Below are positions 1-9,880 of a stretch of 64,000 nucleotides of DNA, in pieces (position 1 is the first letter of the stretch; each line of letters opens with the position of its first letter). Both the position numbers and the translations under genes were made by a program. Under the pieces are notes generated by a model. It was given only the letters and a program-made list of their open reading frames with translations, was not told the DNA's origin and did no database searches. This DNA is from a virus. Lineage: Duplodnaviria > Caudoviricetes. The stretch lies in the IMG/VR virus record IMGVR_UViG_3300037312_000330, positions 32,001 through 96,000 of that record. The stretch is one strand, 5' to 3'.

Positions 1-1
1 T

Positions 2-3000
2 GTGGGCTGTCTCTTGCAGATAGTTGCTGTTACTGAATCCACTGTAGGACAGAAGCTGCGAGTTGTTACCAACCTGCGACTTTGTCACTGTGCCTACAAC
101 ATTCAGGTAATGCGGTGTCGAGAAGCTCTTATAGCTTCGATCAATAACGATCGGCTTGACAGAGATGTTATCCCAGTTGGAATATGAGCCAAGTCCTGTG
201 TTGTTGGTCTTCACACATACAAACGCCCATGTTCCAGTTGCTACAAATGTTGCACTTTGTCCACTTCCGGTTGGAACGGTGTTCGCTGTCAGGTTAAAGT
301 ATGTGTATTCGATACCTCCAGGAGTGAGGCCAATCATAAACTGAACCGCTGTCGCTGTTCCACTAGGTTGTTCGAAGTAAAAACGATAGGTTGTTCCGGG
401 AACAGTTGGAAATCCAAAATTGGCGAGCGACCCTGTCGTTCCATTCGCATTAGTCACTCTCAACTGTCCACTTACAGAAGACAGTGTAGAGTTTGCAACT
501 GAATCGCCAAACCATCCATTAGTGTTCGTATCGAATGTGCCGTTTGTTATCAGCTCGCCGCCGAAAGTTGTGTTGCTGGCGCTTGTAACTTTCTTGAACG
601 ATACATTGTCGATTACCAAGGACAGTGGGCTGTTACCCGTTATGAAACCAATCGTCTGATCTGTGACGTTAACCACAGGTATGTCAATGGAATACGTGCC
701 AACTGCAGACTGTCCGTAACTGATTCCAATTCCAGTGTACGCCTGAAGTTGACCAGCAACCCATGGATATATGAATCCACTTGCCTTTGATACGAGCGTG
801 AAGGTAACACGAATCACATCGCCTACGTTGATAGGAAGTAAGGCTGACTGTTTGAGAGTTCCATTTCCATTGTTAGTTGCTACACCGCCAGAAATTGTCC
901 AAGTTCCATCGTTGATCCAAGTGGACGTCGTATCGAATCCACCATTGGCGCACAGTTCAGTACCTACTTGTGTCATCGCATGTGTTTCAGTCAGCAGTGT
1001 GCGACGTATGTCTCCAAATTGCCAACCTGTTGTATAGTTCTTGTCGATGTAAGCAACTGCAGACAAAGACTTGTTCGATGGATTCGGCAGAATTAGGGAC
1101 AGTGTCTGACCCGCCGCACTGCAAAGTGCCGAAAACAGTTTGCCGCCTGGAACGCCACGACTTACTGCACCCGTTGATCCAGCCACCACTGGATACGCGG
1201 TGTACGTCATGTTCGAATAGTCAGTCAGTACAGTCGTGAAGTCTGCATCGTACGTGCGTACCGAGTAAATACCACCTGTAGATCCAGTGATGCTCAGTCG
1301 CTTGCGATAATCAAAGGCAACCGTCGTTATCGAAGACATGGTGTTCGTAACAACCGTGCCGTCGTGTTTTATCACACTAACACCGTTTCCTAGACCAACA
1401 GCGACGGTAGGAATCTGCAAACCTGTCGACGGATCGGTTGGCGCATCAGTCATCGTGCATAGTGCTATCGCATTGGCGATGTAGTTGCCTCCGATTGCTG
1501 GTATTGTTGTTGTGTTATACAGCCAAGCAAGCAGACTGTTCCGCTGTGCTATGTTTCCACCGTATTGAATCTGATACGAGCTGCCGTGATTAAACGCACG
1601 ATCACCAACGAAATCGATCTGTGTCAAGACCTCGGCCGCAGAACTGCTGGATCCAACGTACACTCTACCTTGAGCAGCAGCTACACACGATTTGTTGAGG
1701 CCTGTGCGTCCCATCATTGAAGTTAAGCCAACAGTGGTTCCGTTTGCAATGAAAGACATCCACATCGGACGTCCAGGCTGCATTAGGTCGTAGATAGTCA
1801 GACGAGTGGCTTCAACAACCAGACCGGCAATTCTGGGAAAGTTCTTGTTGTTCCCACGGAACACTTCCGTAACGCCAGCGTCCGTAGTTTTCTGTTGATA
1901 CGCGCTGGCAGACGAGCCAAACTCCAACTGAGCACCCCAAGCATAGATACCACTGGATCCGTTTCCAGTATATCCAGTAGTAGACGAGAAGGATGTGGTA
2001 TTGGCCGTCGGACCAAAATTGAAAGAACTGGAGAAGATCGGTCCAGAAACTGTCCAGGTGGCTATCAATTTCCACCAACCGTTTCCGGCATTCACCATGA
2101 CGGCAGACGCAATTCCTCGTGTTTCGACCACTGTTCCGGCATTCAAATCTACGATGAATCCTGGAGAATTTGCCGAAGCTGTGTTGAAACCAATGAGAGC
2201 GCGAGTACGCTCGCCAGCTTTCAGATACACGCTAAATGTGTATTGTTGCCCGCCCAGGAAAGTATAGGAGGCGTAGCTGACGGTGTACGCTGCGCCTGCA
2301 GATGTTCCTTCAATCAGTTTGTCAGCAGTCTGCGTGCCGTCCGGGGCAGTAGTAGAATTGGCGGATACAGTAAGACCGAATTGTTTAACCCAGACCGAGT
2401 TGTCGAATTGATCACTGAAGGTCAACAGATTAGTATTCAGACGATAAAATTTGCCGTCTGAGCCATTCTGATAATAGTCTCCAAATCTCGTGTTGAGAGC
2501 AACTACTGGCCGGATTGATATGTTCTTGATCCAGGTGGAAGATCCAACGCCAGCGCCAATGTTCAAGAACATGGAAGAGGCCGATTCTGCTGGAAACACG
2601 AATTCGACAGTGCGATAAGTCGTGCTGGTGACCGCTTCAGCACCAGATCCGCCTGCATATGTGATGTTGATAATGGCGTATCCACCAGTCGATACGCGAA
2701 CCTGTGCCGTAAACTTGTAGAGTTGATTGACAGTTAGATCTGTTGTTAGGGAAGGCGTGGCCCGCGACTGACTCAGATAGATATATGCACCACTACCATT
2801 ATCAATGTATCCAATTCTAATACCACCATCGTCATTGACGACTTTGTTCTGGCCGTATCCTGTCCAATACGAAGAATTGAGCATTCCGGCGGCCACTTGT
2901 TCAGCGCCAAGTGTTGCCCCGTAACACCGAGCCCACATCTCTGGTGTGGTGCTGCGATATGTTACGTATCCACTATACGGACTGGGTAGCCAGTTTCCCA

Positions 3001-3448
3001 TCAACTGCTCTTGCGACCAACTTGCACGATCACACGTTTGGGTCCAAGCTCCACCGTCCGAGTCTTTGCTCGTGTCGTAGACGAAGAATCCATTAACCGC
3101 GTTCGGACTACGATGCAGTGCACCACTGATAGCAGACAGATCCAGTTGCGCAAGAGCACTCCCGCTCTGCGCTTGCTGAATAGCAGTCGCTGTTTTAGTC
3201 TGAACGGCAGTCATAGTAGCCTGTGTCGTCAGATAATCACTGATTCGACTTGCTTGACCTGCCAGATAGTTGGATTGGCGAACAGCCTCAGCAGCGGCAG
3301 CCGCAGCATCCGCATCTGCTATTGCCTTGGCAAGAGAGCGGACCTGTCCATTTTCAGTAGAAACGAGCTGGGAACTCGTTCCGTGCACCATCTGGTTGAA
3401 CGCATTGGCGTCTGTTGTGAATTGTGCAAGGGTATCTGCGAGAGCCAT
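2..3448 (-). CDS. Large tail fibre / receptor-binding protein (partial, runs off left edge; missing from ORF track)
   Basis: Manual translation from ATG 3448 gives MALADTLAQFTTDANAFNQ...FFVYDTSKDSDGGAW. The same frame at the left edge reads ...LLSYSGFSNSNYLQE. Both motifs are typical of phage fibre/LamG proteins. Only the two ends were translated, so the middle is assumed open. Confidence 0.8.
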   Translation of the reverse strand, partial: MALADTLAQFTTDANAFNQMVHGTSSQLVSTENGQVRSLAKAIADADAAAAAAEAVRQSNYLAGQASRISDYLTTQATMTAVQTKTATAIQQAQSGSALAQLDLSAISGALHRSPNAVNGFFVYDTSKDSDGGAWTQTCDRASWSQEQLMGNWLPSPYSGYVTYRSTTPEMWARCYGATLGAEQVAAGMLNSSYWTGYGQNKVVNDDGGIRIGYIDNGSGAYIYLSQSRATPSLTTDLTVNQLYKFTAQVRVSTGGYAIINITYAGGSGAEAVTSTTYRTVEFVFPAESASSMFLNIGAGVGSSTWIKNISIRPVVALNTRFGDYYQNGSDGKFYRLNTNLLTFSDQFDNSVWVKQFGLTVSANSTTAPDGTQTADKLIEGTSAGAAYTVSYASYTFLGGQQYTFSVYLKAGERTRALIGFNTASANSPGFIVDLNAGTVVETRGIASAVMVNAGNGWWKLIATWTVSGPIFSSSFNFGPTANTTSFSSTTGYTGNGSSGIYAWGAQLEFGSSASAYQQKTTDAGVTEVFRGNNKNFPRIAGLVVEATRLTIYDLMQPGRPMWMSFIANGTTVGLTSMMGRTGLNKSCVAAAQGRVYVGSSSSAAEVLTQIDFVGDRAFNHGSSYQIQYGGNIAQRNSLLAWLYNTTTIPAIGGNYIANAIALCTMTDAPTDPSTGLQIPTVAVGLGNGVSVIKHDGTVVTNTMSSITTVAFDYRKRLSITGSTGGIYSVRTYDADFTTVLTDYSNMTYTAYPVVAGSTGAVSRGVPGGKLFSALCSAAGQTLSLILPNPSNKSLSAVAYIDKNYTTGWQFGDIRRTLLTETHAMTQVGTELCANGGFDTTSTWINDGTWTISGGVATNNGNGTLKQSALLPINVGDVIRVTFTLVSKASGFIYPWVAGQLQAYTGIGISYGQSAVGTYSIDIPVVNVTDQTIGFITGNSPLSLVIDNVSFKKVTSASNTTFGGELITNGTFDTNTNGWFGDSVANSTLSSVSGQLRVTNANGTTGSLANFGFPTVPGTTYRFYFEQPSGTATAVQFMIGLTPGGIEYTYFNLTANTVPTGSGQSATFVATGTWAFVCVKTNNTGLGSYSNWDNISVKPIVIDRSYKSFSTPHYLNVVGTVTKSQVGNNSQLLSYSGFSNSNYLQETAH

Positions 3449-3468
3449 GATGGAAGCTTGCCTTAAAG

Positions 3469-5682
3469 TCAGGTAGCCAGTTGATGATACGAGTTGCCGA
3501 AGCTAAACGACTTGGAAGTCGGATCACCTTCTTTATAGGTGATCGAATCCCGCATCACTTGTGGATACGCCCAAATGTATTGTTGTGCGATGCCATACGA
3601 AGCATTCGCCAGTGTGTTCTGGAAAATCCGAACCCAGATCTGTTCGATTGTGTCAGCAGGAAGCGTTGGTGTCGTAGTCGCAAAACCTGCCAGATACTGC
3701 ACCTTGTGAGGTGGGTATCCAAGAGTGTTCAGCGGATATGTCATTGCTGTTGGCAAATCTGTTTGATCATTGTCGATGATCCAGTCGTATGCTTCCGTCT
3801 GGAAGAAGTCGAAGTTCGGCGCCTTATAGTACGCCACCGGGAGGTTCACCTGCTCCATGTATCCGTTACCGATAATCGTCGGCAAGAACGGAAGAACAGA
3901 GAATTGAGCGCTTGGCAGCGAACGTTGAACATACGTGCGGATGCCGCTCACGGCCTTCCCCAACGTGGTTTGCAGGAACGACATCCACTGATCGTATGGT
4001 GTTCCAGTGCTTGCCACTCCTACTGTTCCCATATCCGGAGCTGTCAGACCAGGATAAGCAGCAGCAAACGCCGCTGTGGTAGCCGAGTCATAGAAACAGG
4101 GTTTATTCGTACCTGGATTTGTCCACCACCATGGCTCACCAACCTGCATGTAGATCGGCACACCAGCGATAGATGCATTGACAGCAAACTCCAAGAACAC
4201 GCCTTGTAGATACGACATCGCTGTCGCATTGCCAGGACTCAGAAGATAGGTCGGTGTTGCATACGCAGTTGCACCCAAGTTTCCGTTGTAATCACGTTGG
4301 CACCATGACAAGTTGGCGTTCACGCTGTATTGCTCGAACGACACAGACTGGATGACTGCGAATCCTTTTGACCACGCTTGCTGCAAGAAGCTAGTATGCC
4401 AAGCCTTCGCAGCACTGTTCACCAATCCGTTTGCAGAACCTGGATTGTTGACCACCAGTCGTGCACTTCCGTTGTCCCACGTGCGTTCAGGATAAGTAGA
4501 CACTCCACAGTAGTGGTTGATCCAGTTCCTGTATCCGAGTTGGTAGATGTTGCTGATCACACGTTCTGGGCTCACATCGTACATATCGTCGTACGAGGTG
4601 CACATCGCCAGACTATGTGCATAGATATTGCCCACACCACAATTCACTACAGCGTTTGTGCCGCTCGTGATGTTGTTAGTGATGGACATCCACGCAGTTA
4701 CTGGACCTCCGGCAATCGGATTGGTGCTCGATCCGTTGTAGTTGTTGGTGATGCACGAGATGAAGATGCTGTCCACATCGCCAACGTACATCGTTTGGTC
4801 GGCGTTGAAACCGGCCTTGACGGTGTTGAAGTCGATGCTGATGTGCGACGATCTCGATGCCGGTGCAGTAGCGTAGTTCTTCAGAGCAACGAAATACGTT
4901 ACCGGACTACCGCCAGCATCACGACCCGTTACTGTCATCGTCAGACTGCGAGCTGGATCATTGATAAGCGGAGCTGTATCGCTAACCGCTATATCAAATT
5001 GCCATACCATGTTTCGGTAGTCTTTATTCGTCGAGTATGCAAGACTTACGTGATCTTTTGTGTCTACCGAATTCCAGGTTAAACCGCACAGATCGGATTC
5101 CATGCGTGCCACATAATCCACACGCATTGTGTTGAACGCAGTGGTCAACGCAAAGGACATGGACTGTGGCCCGTTGACTGTGAAGTACTTCGGCGTCATC
5201 CGGCTGATGACCTGCGTACTGAAATCTACTGTCGGAGCATCTGCAACTCCATCCACTGTGCCAAGACCAAGCGCCGTAATGTTGACTGCCGTATGGAGGG
5301 CTTGAGCGTCTGCAAGCTGTACCAGACTTTCATACGTCATCGGACTGCTGATGGAGACCGTTGACTGATTGTTCTGATCTGTCGCTGTAATCTTCAGCGT
5401 GATGTCCACAAACTCATCTGGCACCATGTAGGAGTAGAACGGTCCTGTTTCTCCAGGAAGGTCAACTCCGTCAGCTTGCCATTGGTACGCCAATGTGAGA
5501 GCAGTTCCACCCCACCAACGACCTGCGAACCCGTAGAGCACATTACCCAGACCCGCTAGACCATAGATCTGTGGTGGGTACATGCACACCGGAGGACCGG
5601 GAGGCAAGGGTGGAAACAACAGTGGATGCTTCACCGCTTTCGACGGTTCGATCAGTGGTAGGAGTTTGTGAAGCAGGTTCAT
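3469..5682 (-). CDS. Virion protein, DUF2460/TIGR02217-like ('non-contractile tail sheath'-like, glycoside-hydrolase-like barrel)
   Basis: 737 aa; MQVGEPWWW and FQTEAYDW motifs; lies in tail module. Confidence 0.65.
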   Translation of the reverse strand: MNLLHKLLPLIEPSKAVKHPLLFPPLPPGPPVCMYPPQIYGLAGLGNVLYGFAGRWWGGTALTLAYQWQADGVDLPGETGPFYSYMVPDEFVDITLKITATDQNNQSTVSISSPMTYESLVQLADAQALHTAVNITALGLGTVDGVADAPTVDFSTQVISRMTPKYFTVNGPQSMSFALTTAFNTMRVDYVARMESDLCGLTWNSVDTKDHVSLAYSTNKDYRNMVWQFDIAVSDTAPLINDPARSLTMTVTGRDAGGSPVTYFVALKNYATAPASRSSHISIDFNTVKAGFNADQTMYVGDVDSIFISCITNNYNGSSTNPIAGGPVTAWMSITNNITSGTNAVVNCGVGNIYAHSLAMCTSYDDMYDVSPERVISNIYQLGYRNWINHYCGVSTYPERTWDNGSARLVVNNPGSANGLVNSAAKAWHTSFLQQAWSKGFAVIQSVSFEQYSVNANLSWCQRDYNGNLGATAYATPTYLLSPGNATAMSYLQGVFLEFAVNASIAGVPIYMQVGEPWWWTNPGTNKPCFYDSATTAAFAAAYPGLTAPDMGTVGVASTGTPYDQWMSFLQTTLGKAVSGIRTYVQRSLPSAQFSVLPFLPTIIGNGYMEQVNLPVAYYKAPNFDFFQTEAYDWIIDNDQTDLPTAMTYPLNTLGYPPHKVQYLAGFATTTPTLPADTIEQIWVRIFQNTLANASYGIAQQYIWAYPQVMRDSITYKEGDPTSKSFSFGNSYHQLAT

Positions 5683-5690
5683 GCTGTTCT

Positions 5691-6239
5691 CTAGTTCTCG
5701 ATGAACACACGTTCTCGAGATCGTTGAGTCCGTTTGGAAAGATCACCAGCACGCCATGCTAGGCGAGCCAGTATCGAAATGCGATTTTCTGTCGAGACTG
5801 ATTCTCTACGCGCAGGTTTGGCTGTCTTCATATAGCCATCCGAACCAAGAACCAGAACCCCCACACGCTTTGGAATACGTGCCTTGAGTTCTGGATTGTC
5901 ATGGATCTTGCGCGCCACTTCTTTGGTGAAAGCCAGATACACACGATCTGCATACGGTAGATATTCAGTCCACTTGTTGTCGGTCCGGAAGTCAGCAACA
6001 GAGCTCTTGACCTCGATTAGGACTAAGTCTCCGCCAATCTTGTTGCCAATGACATCAGCTCTGCGACGGCCCCATTTGAGGATGCCGAGTTCTGTTGTCA
6101 TCGAGTAGCCGTACTTGAAGAACATGAAACTCACAGCCTTCTTCAAGGCTTCTGCAGTCTGTGCACGCGGACTGGTGTTCCTACTGTTCTTCAGTTCGGC
6201 AATGGGTCGTTGCTTCTTCTTCCGGAACCGACGTTTCAT
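5691..6239 (-). CDS. MmcB-family PD-(D/E)XK nuclease-like DNA repair protein
   Basis: RRADVIG...LIEVKSSVADFRTDNKWTEYLPYADRVY; ATG 6239 chosen because it abuts the upstream stop. Confidence 0.8.
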   Translation of the reverse strand: MKRRFRKKKQRPIAELKNSRNTSPRAQTAEALKKAVSFMFFKYGYSMTTELGILKWGRRRADVIGNKIGGDLVLIEVKSSVADFRTDNKWTEYLPYADRVYLAFTKEVARKIHDNPELKARIPKRVGVLVLGSDGYMKTAKPARRESVSTENRISILARLAWRAGDLSKRTQRSRERVFIEN

Positions 6240-6240
6240 C

Positions 6241-6648
6241 TTAATGGCCTTCTTCTTCGCAACGTTCACGCGGTCGTTCTACAGTCGGTGCGAGCCTCCC
6301 GGACCAAGCATCTATCAGCTTGTCGGCTACCTTCTGACCGGACCAGATACCCATGAACGCAATGTAGTATCCTAGTTCCACCTTGCCGTCTTGCGAGTGC
6401 ATCACCATATACATGAGAACCCACGAAGCAACGCCGCCGCAGATGAGATTCATCATGCGGGCTACGCTAGCCTTGCCAGTCTCGTCTAGGAACAGATCCG
6501 CAAAGTCAAACTTGTTGTCCTTGTTTCTCTGTATCTGTACGAGCACGTATACGAAGAGAACCATCATGCCGATCAGCAGAAGAGCCGGCAGATCAATGGT
6601 GGTCTTCAACCAGACGAAGAAGATATCAACATATTGTGTGACGTTCAT
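6241..6648 (-). CDS. Putative holin
   Basis: 135 aa, 2-3 hydrophobic segments, charged C-terminus, late module. Confidence 0.55.
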   Translation of the reverse strand: MNVTQYVDIFFVWLKTTIDLPALLLIGMMVLFVYVLVQIQRNKDNKFDFADLFLDETGKASVARMMNLICGGVASWVLMYMVMHSQDGKVELGYYIAFMGIWSGQKVADKLIDAWSGRLAPTVERPRERCEEEGH

Positions 6649-6649
6649 C

Positions 6650-6976
6650 TTATGTCCATTTGTGTGCCAGCCAGCCTGCTGGCGTGTTGATCACTTCTAT
6701 CACTGTGATTGCATTGGCAGCCAAGTTCATGCCGGCGCTTCCTATGAATGTGACCTTGCCGTTCCAATTGACATCGTGCCCACCCACTCCGTCCTGCACA
6801 AACACCAACTTGCCAGTTAGTCCAGTTGGATATCCAGGGATGAAGCCTCCGAATGTGATGCTTGCTATCATCAGCATGTACGTCATCGGTGGCTCACCGT
6901 TCGTGCCAATCACGTATCCATCAGTGAGCGTCGTTACTGCGTTGGCATTCCAGCCCTTGCTACGAATTCCTAGCAT
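6650..6976 (-). CDS. Small tail-fibre-associated protein
   Basis: FVQDGVGGHDVNW motif, shared with ORF 49860-50483. Confidence 0.55.
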   Translation of the reverse strand: MLGIRSKGWNANAVTTLTDGYVIGTNGEPPMTYMLMIASITFGGFIPGYPTGLTGKLVFVQDGVGGHDVNWNGKVTFIGSAGMNLAANAITVIEVINTPAGWLAHKWT

Positions 6977-6986
6977 CTAGTTCTCC

Positions 6987-9872
6987 TTATGGCAGATTAC
7001 GCGCCGCTGTGACAACAGCACGAGCAGACGCAGACACCTGCTGATAGCCAGAGTTCACGTCGTTGCGCGAATTGACAACGAAGTGGACTTTGTCTGTATT
7101 GCCAGTTGTTCCTACTGCCAGACTAAGTGTCATATTGCTAGCCAGAATAGAGCCAACTTCATCAGCTTCGAAGTAGATGATGTTGACAACTCCGGCAACA
7201 TTCTTCAAAGCAGCACGGAAGGACCACTGCTTGCACCCAGACGGATAGTTGACTACTACCTCACCACTCATCAGCCACGCTTCGCCGTTCGGCACAACCA
7301 TGCGGTTCGTGTTGCTCAGAGCCTGACCATCTGTGGTCAGGGCCAGCGTCGCGCCGTTCCCGTAAGTGCCAGTGGCAATCTCGAAGTTGATACCGGGTTT
7401 GCCGCTGACGTTCGTTGTCGAGTTCGGTTTGTAGACTACGTTGCTCTGTGCTGGCGGTGTGAAATTTGTCACCCCTGCCATGTGAACGTACTTGCCGCCA
7501 CTGATTGTCACCGTATCGGAGCCAACCACAGTCACGTGATCAGATCCGTTGTTTACCGTAATTCCGTTAGAACCTTCTACAACTGTGTTCGTAGCACTGA
7601 GCGTTACGTTCGAGCTTCCATTTACGGCACAGTAGCTGTTGTCTGAATAGATGCTCTTGGAGGCTACGATCATTGTGAACGAACCGTAAACTGAACAGAG
7701 CTGAGAGCTGTGTATCAGATTGAACGACGGCGTCGTTGTGCTCGTTGCCCATGTGGGTGTCTTAACCAGAGAACGATCAGAGTTCTCGATAGTGCAGAAC
7801 TGCGGAACCCACGTGGATTGTGAGTCATCTGGAATAATGACGTTCGAGTATCCACCAAGGATGTTGCAATAGGTTGCCGCAACTCGGTTAGTCACACCGC
7901 CAAAGATGGTAGAGTAGTTACCACCACATAGGTTGTACGCACCACCGACCGCAGCACCTGTCTGTCCAGAAGCAGAGTTCTGGAAGCCGATAGTCGTTGC
8001 ACCGAAGCCGCTACGGAAGATCCGGTTGTTATTGGTTGGGGTATCGAAGTAGTTCAGGTACACTGTCGCATCGTTCACTGCGCCGGTTCCACCCGAGTGC
8101 GTATGGCGATAGAACGTTGTAGACAGAGTCGGAATCGAGTCGAACAGGTTAGTGTTCGTCAGCGTTATGCTCTGGCTGTTTCCTCCGGCATTAGTCGAGA
8201 AGATCAGTCCATAACCATTGAGCGTCAGACTGGCAATCGTACTGCTTCCAAGTGCTGTATTCAGTTGCGAGTTGAATGCAGCCATCAACGAGCTGTATGT
8301 CTGTGCAGCAGAACCAAGAATGGCGATGCTGAAACTGATCCCATTGACAGTTCCGGCACAGGTATACGATGTCGTATTGTTCGCAAGACCTGTTGCTGAT
8401 CCAGCAGAAGGACCATCCCGCAGCGGAACCAGAATGAAAGCTGGTGCATCCCACGCTACTGTTGTTCCAGTCAGCGATCCATTCCAGAGCTTGACTCCAC
8501 CACTCGGTGTTGTCGCTAGAGGCGAACTGACCAGAGTAGCAGTTGGGCCTTGCAGCGTCCCTACAGGATCAAACATTGGCACAAAGTTCGGCAGCGAGTT
8601 TGTCCCACCGTTTGCCACGAACTTGAGCGACATATTTCCATTGAACGGAGGCTGATCGTCTACCGTTGCCAGGAAGTCCCATGTGCCAACTCCAGTACGC
8701 ACAATTGCGAACGTGCCTGTTCCAGTCGTGAACGTCAGCATATTAGCTGGAACGATCGTGTTCCCGCCAGCTACCTGGATAGTAGGTGCGCTGTTGATGT
8801 ACCGGAACATGATCATGCCACCAACAGGGAACGTGCTGAATCCTGTATCGTTGACCGTGATCGTTGGTGTCGCGTGTGTCAGTTGGATGTATGCATCATC
8901 ATCCGCATCCAACGTGGTATACGTGCTGGCAGAAATCTGCTTGAAGGTCTTGAACTTCGGAAACGATACACGATCGTGTTCCGCTTGCGTCAGGTGATAC
9001 TGTTCGCTAGTTCCGTTTCCACCCTGAACGCCAGCCAGCGAGCTGTGAGAACCAGTGAAGCTAGATCCGGTAACCGGACCAAGGATCACATATTGATCAC
9101 CAATTGCTGGAAGAGACAGCAGAGTAGTTCCCCACTGGACTGTTCCGTTAGTGATGTTAGATAGTCTGCGGCAGATGCCACGTTGAGAACCGCTAGTGAA
9201 CTGGATCACCAGATCGGCCGCTACACCGTTGTATCCGGTGGCTGTGACTTCAGCAGCCGAAGCACCGCCAGAACTGATACCTGTGAGCGATCCAGAGAAC
9301 CAGACTCTCGGTTTGGCGCTCAACGACCAACGACCGCTGGTATCCGAATACGCAAGGTACGCAGAATTGTAGTCGCCGTCACCGTAGATAACATAGGCGT
9401 TGTTCGTGTCGAACGCCGGCGGAATCAGCAGGTCTACCGTCTGGATGCGCGGAAAGAAATTCCGTGTGGCGCTAGAGCTGAACTGCCAGCTAACCAAAGC
9501 CAGTGTCGAGGCAGTATCCAAGAACAGATCGAAGCGATAATCTGGACCACCTGTGACGCTCGCTTTGGTGATCAGATTTGTCGCTACGCCTACACCCAGA
9601 AGAGTTGCTCCGTTATAGAGAGCTACTTCGCCAAACTGGAACTGAGCGACAGAATTCGCTACGATGGTTGTGACACGCATCGTGTTGGCATCCACAGCGA
9701 CCGGATTGGCCGTCAGTGTACTGCCAGAGTAGACTACGCTGCCTTGGAGTCCAGTCGGGTTAGACGCCAGTGTATAGTTGGAACCAGAGCCGAAATCGAT
9801 TCTGGTCACAACGGACAGCAGTGCGTTCGCAGTGAAATACGAACGACCAGCAGTTGTGAGCTGGAATAGCAT
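6987..9872 (-). CDS. Long tail fibre protein
   Basis: 961 aa; tail-collar-like N-terminus (QLTTAG...FGEVALY); Gly/Ser/Thr-rich GG repeats. Confidence 0.8.
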   Translation of the reverse strand: MLFQLTTAGRSYFTANALLSVVTRIDFGSGSNYTLASNPTGLQGSVVYSGSTLTANPVAVDANTMRVTTIVANSVAQFQFGEVALYNGATLLGVGVATNLITKASVTGGPDYRFDLFLDTASTLALVSWQFSSSATRNFFPRIQTVDLLIPPAFDTNNAYVIYGDGDYNSAYLAYSDTSGRWSLSAKPRVWFSGSLTGISSGGASAAEVTATGYNGVAADLVIQFTSGSQRGICRRLSNITNGTVQWGTTLLSLPAIGDQYVILGPVTGSSFTGSHSSLAGVQGGNGTSEQYHLTQAEHDRVSFPKFKTFKQISASTYTTLDADDDAYIQLTHATPTITVNDTGFSTFPVGGMIMFRYINSAPTIQVAGGNTIVPANMLTFTTGTGTFAIVRTGVGTWDFLATVDDQPPFNGNMSLKFVANGGTNSLPNFVPMFDPVGTLQGPTATLVSSPLATTPSGGVKLWNGSLTGTTVAWDAPAFILVPLRDGPSAGSATGLANNTTSYTCAGTVNGISFSIAILGSAAQTYSSLMAAFNSQLNTALGSSTIASLTLNGYGLIFSTNAGGNSQSITLTNTNLFDSIPTLSTTFYRHTHSGGTGAVNDATVYLNYFDTPTNNNRIFRSGFGATTIGFQNSASGQTGAAVGGAYNLCGGNYSTIFGGVTNRVAATYCNILGGYSNVIIPDDSQSTWVPQFCTIENSDRSLVKTPTWATSTTTPSFNLIHSSQLCSVYGSFTMIVASKSIYSDNSYCAVNGSSNVTLSATNTVVEGSNGITVNNGSDHVTVVGSDTVTISGGKYVHMAGVTNFTPPAQSNVVYKPNSTTNVSGKPGINFEIATGTYGNGATLALTTDGQALSNTNRMVVPNGEAWLMSGEVVVNYPSGCKQWSFRAALKNVAGVVNIIYFEADEVGSILASNMTLSLAVGTTGNTDKVHFVVNSRNDVNSGYQQVSASARAVVTAARNLP

Positions 9873-9880
9873 GTCAGTCC

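Noticed and set aside
1895-4209. + strand ORFs over the first fibre genes
   Set aside because: The real gene is the uncalled minus-strand fibre ORF.
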